A stretch of DNA of 64,000 nucleotides. Origin: Phycisphaerales bacterium JB043 (GTDB lineage: Bacteria; Planctomycetota; Phycisphaerae; Phycisphaerales; UBA1924). A program made the translations under genes and the position numbers. This document shows, in pieces, positions 36,448 to 45,269 of the stretch (position 1 is its first letter; each line of letters begins with the position of its first letter). The notes below the pieces were generated by a model that was given only the letters and a program-made list of their open reading frames with translations, was not told the origin of the DNA and searched no databases. The DNA lies in NCBI GenBank assembly GCA_043101425.1, contig JBICIA010000003.1, positions 1 through 64,000 of the forward strand. The letters run 5' to 3'.

Positions 36448-37701
36448 CTACTTCAACAGATTCACGATCACGTTCGTGGTTGCCGCGGTCGCTGTCCCCG
36501 GTGTGGTGAGGTCTTCGATGTCGCCAAATGTCGTGTCGGTGCTCGTGCTCCACGAGCCGGACCCGATGGTGTTCCTGATGAAGACGGTGCCGGTTCCGAG
36601 GATGAACATCGTGGTGTGATCGCCGATGTCGTTGTTCTCGATACGGTTGTCCAAGCCAGACGAGATGCCGATGAATCCGTTGGAGCTTGTCAGGCATCCT
36701 CTGACAAGATTGCCATCGCCGACGCGGATCCCGCGGTTGCCGTTCGAGCGGGTGATGGAATCGAGGACCGATCCCTGGTCGTTCATGAAGATGCCATAGA
36801 CGGTATTGCCGGTCGCGACGCAGTCGCGGATGGTTGTTCCGTCTCCCGCCTGGATGCCGTAATTGGTGTTGTTGAACGCGGAGCACTCGCGGATAACGGA
36901 GTTGACGCCAACGTCGAAGCCTCCAGCGGTGTTGCCCGTGGCGATGCACTCGGAGAGCACGGAGGTCTCGCCGAGCGAGAAGCCCTGCGTGGAGTTGGCG
37001 GTCGCGATGCAGCCGGTCAGCCTCGATGATGTGCCCGAGCCGAAGCCGGCACCGCCGGTGTTGAGCTCCGCGATGCAGTCAACGAACAGGCTCGAGGTGG
37101 CCTCGGAGTAGAAGCCGTCTGCGCCGTTGTCCCTCGCCTCCGATCGGAAGAACGAGGCGGACGTGCCATCGACCCATGCGCCTCTGTTGGTGTTGGAGTT
37201 GAACGTGCTGTCGAGCACGCGGATCGTCGAGGTCGGGTCTACCACGCGCAGGCCGTCACCGCACTCCGAGACCACGACGTCGCGCACCACGTGCGACTGC
37301 CCGGCGTTCACAAGAATGCCCGTGCCCGCTGCCTTGATGATCGAGCCGCTGTGGATTGTCGCGCTGTCGTGGTCGACAACGATGCCCGCGTCGGAGGCGC
37401 CCGAGCCACCGAGGATGCGGTACCCGTTCAGATCGATGGTCACGTTCGGCGCGTCGATGAGGATCGCGTGCTGGCCGGTGTCGGCCTTGATCTCGCCGGT
37501 CAGGTAGTACGAGCCATCGGTCGAGATGCGATGCAGCGCGCCGCCGCCGGTGGGTGCCGTGGTGAGATTGATCGGCCTACGCGGCTCGACCTCGGTGAGC
37601 GTCTTGTGGGTCGAGGTGAGTGCGCCGGGCGGCGTGAGCGGGCCGGCGAGCGCGGAGGTGGTTGTAACGAGTGCGAGTGCGATGGAAAGCAGATGGCGCA
37701 T
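36448..37701 (-). CDS. Secreted right-handed parallel beta-helix repeat protein (paralog B)
   Basis: Signal MRHLLSIALALVTTTSALAGPL. Repeated xGNTxxG/NNTxxG rungs. The N-terminal AGPLTPPGALTSTHKTLTEVEPRRPINLT is shared with paralog A. Confidence 0.65.
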   Translation of the reverse strand: MRHLLSIALALVTTTSALAGPLTPPGALTSTHKTLTEVEPRRPINLTTAPTGGGALHRISTDGSYYLTGEIKADTGQHAILIDAPNVTIDLNGYRILGGSGASDAGIVVDHDSATIHSGSIIKAAGTGILVNAGQSHVVRDVVVSECGDGLRVVDPTSTIRVLDSTFNSNTNRGAWVDGTSASFFRSEARDNGADGFYSEATSSLFVDCIAELNTGGAGFGSGTSSRLTGCIATANSTQGFSLGETSVLSECIATGNTAGGFDVGVNSVIRECSAFNNTNYGIQAGDGTTIRDCVATGNTVYGIFMNDQGSVLDSITRSNGNRGIRVGDGNLVRGCLTSSNGFIGISSGLDNRIENNDIGDHTTMFILGTGTVFIRNTIGSGSWSTSTDTTFGDIEDLTTPGTATAATTNVIVNLLK

Positions 37702-37797
37702 GATGGGGGTCTCCTCCGGAGGTTGGATGCGGTGCCATCCTACGTGGATAGAGGTTGTTCCCCTAAAGCAAAATATGGAATTGGGAACTGCGGGGCT

Positions 37798-38247
37798 CTA
37801 GTGCCCTTTGCAGTGAGCCTCGACCTCGATCTCGATCATGAACTCGGGCAGGGCGAGGCCCTTGACCTCGATCCACTTACCGGTCGGGAAGCGCGTGCCG
37901 TAGATTTCTGACCTATAGCTGGACGCCTGGAGCATCTGCGCCATGTCGGTGGTGAAGATGCTCTCGGAGACGACGTGGTCGAACGTGCAGCCGTAGTAGC
38001 TCAGGCTCTCCTCGATGTCCTGGTAGCAGTTGCGCATCTGCTGTGCGAGATCGCCCACCGCGGTAGGGTTGCCCTCGTCATCCATGCTGACGGCACCCGA
38101 GATCTTGATGGTGTCGCCTATGCGCACGGCCTGTGTGTATCCATAGGCGTCCTCGACCGCGGGGCGCAGCTTGAAGACCTCGGGGGTGTGCGTCGAGGCG
38201 CAGGCGGTCAGGAGAAGGGTGAGAGTGATAAGGCTGATGGTGCGCAT
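37798..38247 (-). CDS. RidA/YjgF-family protein with lipoprotein signal
   Basis: Lipobox LLLTAC. RidA core YTQAVRIGDTIKISG...EVKGLALPEFMIEIEVEA. Confidence 0.8.
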   Translation of the reverse strand: MRTISLITLTLLLTACASTHTPEVFKLRPAVEDAYGYTQAVRIGDTIKISGAVSMDDEGNPTAVGDLAQQMRNCYQDIEESLSYYGCTFDHVVSESIFTTDMAQMLQASSYRSEIYGTRFPTGKWIEVKGLALPEFMIEIEVEAHCKGH

Positions 38248-38330
38248 GGGGGGCTCCGGATGTGTGTGTGAGGGGATTGTAGTGAATTATCATGTGTTTA
38301 CCGATTGACTGGAGTGACAATACAAACTAG

Positions 38331-39065
38331 CTAATGACTCAAATACGTGCGAATCTCGTTTACAAATATTGTTTCGCTAGAATCTAGCCAACCAAAATGC
38401 TCCATAAAAAATTGAATAGCTTTAAGAGAATTTTGTTCGATGGTGCCTCCGAGTGCGTCACCAGTACTGGCAAATTCATATTTAATGCTTTCACAGGCGG
38501 TCTCAAAATAATCATGCCATAGACGATTCTTTGGCGCCATCAATGCCGTACGCTGAATTTGACGGAGTTCTATCGATACCTTCATCGTTAAGTGTGGATC
38601 CAATTTAATTGCGAGACGAGAGGAGAATAAGTACCAAAATATTATTTGTCTTAGAATTTGTTCAATATCTAAAAATTGCGGAGAGTCTGCCGCCTCAAAT
38701 CGCTCTCTTCCGAAGACAATGCAGTCTTCCGCGCGGCTTATTAGTTCCTCTTGCCAGCCCTCATTGGAGATTTCGATGGGTGTACGCATGTACACAAATT
38801 GACCGGACATATGGAGCCTGCAATAGCTGTCTGCAGTGTATGGGTCATATGCTGGCGAGACCCATCCTTCACCAACATCAAATTGGGTTCTCGCTCTAGG
38901 TAATTCTGGAAATTCCCATCTCGCGTAGTGTATTTGGCAGTCCTGGAGAAGCTGCCGCGCATCTCGGTTGCCGCCAATGAGATCGTCTGCTTTCGTAGTA
39001 GGGTGTAACCTCATTAGCCAATGTGGTCCCTCCTTGATTAGCTCTGCTCGCTCAGGAAGACTCAT
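38331..39065 (-). CDS. Island gene 3: hypothetical protein (244 aa) with no recognisable domain
   Basis: ATG overlaps the stop of the upstream AlbA_2-like gene (ATGA). Low GC like its neighbours. Sequence MSLPERAELIKEGPHWLMRLHP...W/Y/F-rich. Confidence 0.6.
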   Translation of the reverse strand: MSLPERAELIKEGPHWLMRLHPTTKADDLIGGNRDARQLLQDCQIHYARWEFPELPRARTQFDVGEGWVSPAYDPYTADSYCRLHMSGQFVYMRTPIEISNEGWQEELISRAEDCIVFGRERFEAADSPQFLDIEQILRQIIFWYLFSSRLAIKLDPHLTMKVSIELRQIQRTALMAPKNRLWHDYFETACESIKYEFASTGDALGGTIEQNSLKAIQFFMEHFGWLDSSETIFVNEIRTYLSH

Positions 39066-39742
39066 TTCAGGAACTCCTCAATCTCACGATCATACTCTTC
39101 CCCGTCTGGGGGGATTGCTTGCTCATTAAGAAGGCCCACTCGAGTGGCGGTACTGATGAACTGGCGGGTCCGTTTTTCTGCAGCCAAGTCGAGAATCTCA
39201 CGTAGTTCATGAGAAGTTTGTACTTTCTCAGTCCGAGGCCGCCCTCGAGGCCTGAAGTACATGGTGCCATTTTGCAATTCTTGTTCGAACGAGCGTTTGC
39301 ATACGGTTGGAATCTCACGAAATTCTTGGGTATGAATAACAATCAACGTGTTGCCATCGAGTTCAATTGCGACAACGGATACATCTAAGGGTGGATCGGC
39401 AAATTTATTAATTTGGTCGATCACAACATCTGTGTCATAAGTAGCGATAACGTTGTCGTCTACACCAGTTATTGTTACTTGATCATCACGTTCAGATATA
39501 CCTATTACTACAATACCCCCGTCGCGAAGATTTGACATTGCTAAGCAAGTGCGTGCTACTCGTGCTGACAGTGTTGACCAATCTTGGCTCTCTTTAAACT
39601 CAATTGATTGTGTTTCCTCTAGTCGTCCGACAGCGAATCGAGTGCGCTCGACAAGTTCTTGGTGCGACTCAGCGGTTACGATCGGCGGCCTAGCCATCGA
39701 AAAGATCTTAGCGTGCTTGCGAGCAAGCCCCAACCAGTCCAC
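39062..39742 (-). CDS. Island gene 2: AlbA_2/Schlafen-like putative nucleic-acid-binding domain protein
   Basis: LEETQSIEFKESQDWSTLSARVARTCLAMSNLRDGGIVVIGISERDDQVTITGVDD fits the AlbA_2 (PF04326) pattern E-x-EFK...AfaN..GG.iviGv.d. GTG start at 39742; ATG alternative at 39697. Confidence 0.6.
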   Translation of the reverse strand: MDWLGLARKHAKIFSMARPPIVTAESHQELVERTRFAVGRLEETQSIEFKESQDWSTLSARVARTCLAMSNLRDGGIVVIGISERDDQVTITGVDDNVIATYDTDVVIDQINKFADPPLDVSVVAIELDGNTLIVIHTQEFREIPTVCKRSFEQELQNGTMYFRPRGRPRTEKVQTSHELREILDLAAEKRTRQFISTATRVGLLNEQAIPPDGEEYDREIEEFLK

Positions 39743-39757
39743 TCACTAACGGCTAGT

Positions 39758-40396
39758 TCAAGATTGCGAGGATGATTGGTAAGCCTCAATTTCATCCGCC
39801 CATGCATAGCCTTCGTAGGTCACGTCAAAAATCTCGCCTTTGTAGCCCACTGCTGACACCAATCCATGGTCAAGCAACTGCTCTAGCCCTGCAGCGTATC
39901 TACGATATTCACGGGGGCCTATGAGTCGTTCTTCAATACTAACCTTCCCAGCTTGTATGGTGCCCCCTCCAAAAGTAGTGAGCTTTGAGATAATAGGATG
40001 GGTTTGCCTGCATGCGTTTACTAGTAACTCTGCCGCCGCGCTAGATAGATTCAGAACTAGATCAGTGACCGTGGTTTCGGCTGCCACAAATTGCTCTTGT
40101 ACAACTACTGGAGTTACGCTAGGTAACGTACCGTTTTCGACAAGATCGATTACATGATCTCGGCATTGTTTAAGTTCATTTTCGGTGAATCTCCGAGTGA
40201 ACGGTACATTTGCATGTACGTCAATGTGACAGCTTACGCAGATTGCGATTAGATTGTCTGGCTCATCTAGCCCTCCCTCTGAAACGGGTTTTATGTGATG
40301 CACCTGCAAGTGCAAGGGCTTAAACCGACGACACAAACAACAATGACGCCCACACATCGACAGAAGATGGTCAACATGCTTTTGTGGAATAGTCAT
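39758..40396 (-). CDS. Island gene 1: HNH endonuclease domain protein with ~150 aa uncharacterised C-terminal domain
   Basis: CGRHCCLCRRFKPLHLQVHHIKPVSEGGLDEPDNLIAICVSCHIDVH (CxxC...HH...N...CxxCH). RBS AAGGAA 11 nt upstream of the ATG. Confidence 0.75.
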   Translation of the reverse strand: MTIPQKHVDHLLSMCGRHCCLCRRFKPLHLQVHHIKPVSEGGLDEPDNLIAICVSCHIDVHANVPFTRRFTENELKQCRDHVIDLVENGTLPSVTPVVVQEQFVAAETTVTDLVLNLSSAAAELLVNACRQTHPIISKLTTFGGGTIQAGKVSIEERLIGPREYRRYAAGLEQLLDHGLVSAVGYKGEIFDVTYEGYAWADEIEAYQSSSQS

Positions 40397-40417
40397 TGTG
40401 TACAGTTCCTTTCTAAA

Positions 40418-40452
40418 TCAAAAAGGCCGACACCCTTTCGGATGCCGGCCCT
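40418..40452 (-). terminator. Rho-independent terminator of groEL (minus strand)
   Basis: Minus strand: GGCCGGCATCC-gaaa-GGGTGTCGGCC followed by TTTTTGATTT. Confidence 0.6.
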
Positions 40453-40503
40453 TTGGTTAACTGATCGAGATGTGCCTACAAGTAGGCTTCATCGTTAGGT
40501 TCC

Positions 40504-42141
<1,638 letters not shown>

Positions 42142-42167
42142 GTGTGGTATCTCCTAAGTGTTCTCTA

Positions 42168-42392
42168 TCAGGATGACAGTGTTGAGTTTGTGCCGATCTG
42201 GATCCATGCGACGCGCGGTGCGTCGACGATGTAGACGAGCGAGCCGTCGGAGACCTTGACGAGTCCGTCGCCCTCGTCGGGGACGAGGAAGGCGTTGGAG
42301 ACGCGGAGCGTGTCCGCGTGCTCGAACGCGAAGACGGCGTTGCGCTCTCCGGTGAGCTCACCCAGTGCCAGTCGGAGTTCGTCCGAGGTCAT
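42168..42392 (-). CDS. Small hypothetical protein (74 aa) encoded between groES and groEL
   Basis: ATG 7 nt after the groES stop; double stop TGATAG before the groEL RBS. Very strong GC3 periodicity (ctc/gac/gtc/gcc codons) argues real coding. No recognisable family. Confidence 0.45.
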   Translation of the reverse strand: MTSDELRLALGELTGERNAVFAFEHADTLRVSNAFLVPDEGDGLVKVSDGSLVYIVDAPRVAWIQIGTNSTLSS

Positions 42393-42399
42393 GGGTGCG

Positions 42400-42723
42400 T
42401 CAGTCGAAGGTGGCGAGGATCTCGTCCTCGGACATGATGAGCACCTCGTCGCCCCCGACCTTGATCTCGGTGCCGGAGTAGGAGGTGAAGATGACGCGGT
42501 CGCCCTTCTTGAGGGTCATGGGGATGCGCTCGCCCGTGTCGTGGTTGAGCGCGCCGGTGCCGACGGCGAGGACGACGCCGGTCTTGGGTGTGTCCTTGGC
42601 GCCCTCGGGGAGGTAGAGGCCCGAGTCGGTCATGGTCTCGGCCTCGTCGCGCTGGACGATGACCTTGTCGCCGATGGGCGTGATGTTGACGTTGATCTTC
42701 TTGCTCTTTGTTGCCGTTGCCAT
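42400..42723 (-). CDS. groES: Co-chaperonin GroES (10 kDa)
   Basis: KINVNITPIGDKVIVQRDEAETMTDSGLYLPEGAKDTPKTGVVLAVGTG...GDRVIFTSYSGTEIKVGGDEVLIMSEDEILATFD. Confidence 0.95.
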   Translation of the reverse strand: MATATKSKKINVNITPIGDKVIVQRDEAETMTDSGLYLPEGAKDTPKTGVVLAVGTGALNHDTGERIPMTLKKGDRVIFTSYSGTEIKVGGDEVLIMSEDEILATFD

Positions 42724-42777
42724 TGTTCGGTTGGCTCCCTTGTCTGACGCCCTCCGCGGGCGGAGTTATGAACGGTG

Positions 42778-43296
42778 TTATCCGAGTCCGGGCCATCGCC
42801 CGTGGTAGTAGCGAGTGAGGAGTCGTCGCAGGACCTCGAGCATGAGCTCCATGTTGACGGGTCGGTCGACGACGGCGAAGACGCCGTGCTGGAGCGCGAC
42901 GTAGAGGTCGCGCGCGTCCTCGCGCGACATGCGCGGCTCGCGGACGACGATGATGGGTGGGGGGTTCTTCACGCGCGCCAGGAGCTTGAGGAGTCGTGCC
43001 CCGCCCTCGGAGGGCATGGAGGCGTTGGAGTGTCGCTGCGCGTGGTGGTGCTGGACGCGCTGGTCCATGGGGAGGGTCAGGTCGACGATGGCGGCGTGGA
43101 TGCGCGTGGAGTCGAGGAGCTGGGCCGCCTCGGAGCCCGACTGGGCGCGACGGGAGTCGACGCCCATGGGGGAGAGGAGGCGCGGGAGCCGGTCGGCCCA
43201 TGACTCGTCGCGCCAGCCACCATCCGTGAGGAGGAGGTTGAGTCTGGCGGCGGGGTTGGCCGGGCCTGCCTGCATGTCGTAGCGCACGGACATCAT
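42778..43296 (-). CDS. Receiver (REC)-like single-domain response regulator, possibly degenerate
   Basis: LNLLLTDGGW...IHAAIVDLTLPMDQ...PPIIVVREPRMSREDARDLYVALQHGVFAVVDRPVNMELMLEVLRRLL follows REC topology. The acidic pair reads TD and the conserved Lys position is DRP. Start uncertain. Confidence 0.5.
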   Translation of the reverse strand: MMSVRYDMQAGPANPAARLNLLLTDGGWRDESWADRLPRLLSPMGVDSRRAQSGSEAAQLLDSTRIHAAIVDLTLPMDQRVQHHHAQRHSNASMPSEGGARLLKLLARVKNPPPIIVVREPRMSREDARDLYVALQHGVFAVVDRPVNMELMLEVLRRLLTRYYHGRWPGLG

Positions 43297-43437
43297 CGTG
43301 GCGTGAGAGATGCAACACTGGGGCCAGTGGTGGAGGTGTTCTGGAGGGCAGAAAAGGGCGATTTTGAGGCGTGAGAAAGGGTTTGAGGGTGTCAGGGAGA
43401 GGTGAGTAAAGGAAGAGGGTGCCAGAGTGGCAGATGG

Positions 43438-43896
43438 CTACTCGGGAGGCTTCTGGCGGCGTTGCTTCTTCTCGGAGTGCTCGCGTTTGGCCTTGAGGCG
43501 GCGCTCCTTCGAGCCGCGGGTGGGCTTTGTTTTCTTGCGAGGCTTTGGCGGGTTGAGGGCTTGGATGAGCAGCTCGCGCAGGCGGTCGAGGCAGGCCTGT
43601 CTGTTCTGGCGCTGGGTGCGATGCTCCTCGGAGATGATCTGGAGGGTTGGGCCGAGGTCCTCGTCGTCGATGAGGCGCGAGCCTGCGAGGGTGCGCAGGC
43701 GACGTGTGGCGGCTTCGGAGATGGGGATGTCGGTCAGCGCGATGCGGAGCTCTGCCTTTGTGTCGCGCTTGTTGACGTTCTGGCCGCCCGGGCCGCCCGA
43801 GCGGGAGTACTTGAAGACGAGCACAGCATCGGGGACGCGCACGCGGGGCGCGATCTCGATGCCGGTTGGCTCGGGCTGTGGCGGATTCGTGGTCAT
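43438..43896 (-). CDS. arfB: Alternative ribosome-rescue factor ArfB (peptidyl-tRNA hydrolase, GGQ family)
   Basis: VFKYSRSGGPGGQNVNKRDTKAELRIAL with GGQ motif, plus a basic C-terminal tail KPRKKTKPTRGSKERRLKAKREHSEKKQRRQ. Start at the MTTNPP Met. Confidence 0.8.
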   Translation of the reverse strand: MTTNPPQPEPTGIEIAPRVRVPDAVLVFKYSRSGGPGGQNVNKRDTKAELRIALTDIPISEAATRRLRTLAGSRLIDDEDLGPTLQIISEEHRTQRQNRQACLDRLRELLIQALNPPKPRKKTKPTRGSKERRLKAKREHSEKKQRRQKPPE

Positions 43897-43922
43897 GGGC
43901 GTCTGCGGGTAGTCTTGGCGCG

Positions 43923-44792
43923 ATGCGGAACGGATTTCCACCCAACAGGATATGTGCGCTGGCGTTGGTGCTTGCATCGGCTGGTTCTGCGCGTGCGCAG
44001 GAGATTGAGGCGGACGCGGGCCTGGCACTCGAGGCGGAGCCGGTGGAGTTGGAGTTGGTTTCGCCCTGGGTGGTGCAGGTGGAGCCCTCGCTGTGGAGGC
44101 CGGGCCTGTTCGGGAGCATCCAGGCGCCGGGGTCGGTTGGCGAGACTGAGCTCGAGGACATCGACCTGGACGAGAGCGGCTACGCGGGCGCGATCGAGGC
44201 GAAGTTCCGGCTCGACGAGGAGTCGTCGATCCGGTGGAATGCGTTTGTGTTCGAGCAGAGCGAGCGATCGATCGCGAAGGACACGTTCACCTTCGGGAGC
44301 GTGTCGGGCGTGTTCGGCGACGCGGTGTCGTCGGAGGTGCGGTTCAGTTCGGTGGAGCTGGTCTACGAGTGGGAGTGGTGGTCGAAGGAGTTGCCGGCGA
44401 AGGATCCGCGCGACAGCGTGCGCATGAACGTGGACGCGTACGCGGGACTGCGCGCCTACGACATAGCGTTCGATGTGAGCGCCAACGGCGGGATGATGCG
44501 CGCGGATCAGCAGTGGATCGACGTGATCGTCGGTGCGCGACTGGAGGTGGACCTGGCGCCCGATCTTGCGTTCGACTTCGCGGCGGATGTTGGTGGTATG
44601 GGCCTGGGGGATTACGGATCGTTCAGCGGGAACGTGCTGACGGGATTCCACTGGCGTCCGGATGAACGCCTGGGTGTGCAGTTCGGGTACCGGTTTCTGT
44701 TCAACAGCGTTGTTGATGGCGACGAGCCGAGCCGGTTCGAGTGGATTGGCTCGACGGCGGGTGTGTACCTGGGCGCGGTGTGGCGATTCTGA
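43923..44792 (+). CDS. Outer-membrane beta-barrel protein, hypothetical
   Basis: Signal peptide MRNGFPPNRICALALVLASAGSARAQ. Alternating hydrophobic strands. C-terminal aromatic LGAVWRF typical of OMPs. Confidence 0.55.
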   Translation: MRNGFPPNRICALALVLASAGSARAQEIEADAGLALEAEPVELELVSPWVVQVEPSLWRPGLFGSIQAPGSVGETELEDIDLDESGYAGAIEAKFRLDEESSIRWNAFVFEQSERSIAKDTFTFGSVSGVFGDAVSSEVRFSSVELVYEWEWWSKELPAKDPRDSVRMNVDAYAGLRAYDIAFDVSANGGMMRADQQWIDVIVGARLEVDLAPDLAFDFAADVGGMGLGDYGSFSGNVLTGFHWRPDERLGVQFGYRFLFNSVVDGDEPSRFEWIGSTAGVYLGAVWRF

Positions 44793-44809
44793 TGGGGTAA
44801 GGTGTTCGG

Positions 44810-45265
44810 ATGGCACGACCGCCGATTCCTGAGTGCGCGCCGAGGCGATCGATCCCCACCAGGGGCGAGCTGCGCGTGCGCCCGAGGTACGTCGAGTGCG
44901 ACCCGATGGGCGTGGTGCATCACTCGAGCTACCTGCCGTGGATGGAGATGGCTCGGACGGAGATGCTCCGCGAGTGCGGTGTGAGTTACGCGGATCTCGA
45001 GGAGATGGGCGTGTTCCTGGTGATCACGCGTCTGGACGTGCGCTATCTGCGACCGGCACGCTACGACCAGGAGCTGGTGCTGCGCTGCGAGGTGACTGGC
45101 GGTGGACGCGCGCGACTGAATCACGAGTACGAGCTGCTCGAGGTGCGCGAGGACGGGAGCGTGGGGACGGTGCTGTTGACGGCGTCGACGACGCTGGCGT
45201 GCGTGGACGCGAGCGGGAGGCCGACGCCTCTGCCTGAGTGGCTGACGCCGACGTCGCACGGCTGA
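44810..45265 (+). CDS. Acyl-CoA thioesterase, 4HBT/YbgC hotdog family
   Basis: RPRYVECDPMGVVHHSSYLPWMEMARTEMLRE...FLVITRLDVRYLRPARYDQEL matches the YbgC pattern. Confidence 0.8.
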   Translation: MARPPIPECAPRRSIPTRGELRVRPRYVECDPMGVVHHSSYLPWMEMARTEMLRECGVSYADLEEMGVFLVITRLDVRYLRPARYDQELVLRCEVTGGGRARLNHEYELLEVREDGSVGTVLLTASTTLACVDASGRPTPLPEWLTPTSHG

Positions 45266-45269
45266 GTGG

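Larger units (their letters stand above)
38280..40500. other. Low-GC (~40-45%) horizontally acquired 3-gene island between the groEL terminator and ridA
   Basis: Abrupt compositional shift seen directly (e.g. attatttgtcttagaatttgttcaatatctaaaaattgcgg) against ~68% GC flanks. Three co-oriented genes sit tightly packed (one ATGA overlap, one 15-bp gap). Confidence 0.6.

Noticed and set aside
42724-42800. Search for CIRCE (HrcA) inverted repeat upstream of groES
   Set aside because: No TTAGCACTC/GAGTGCTAA arms present. Only a weak imperfect GC-rich palindrome (CTCCGCGGGCGGAG).
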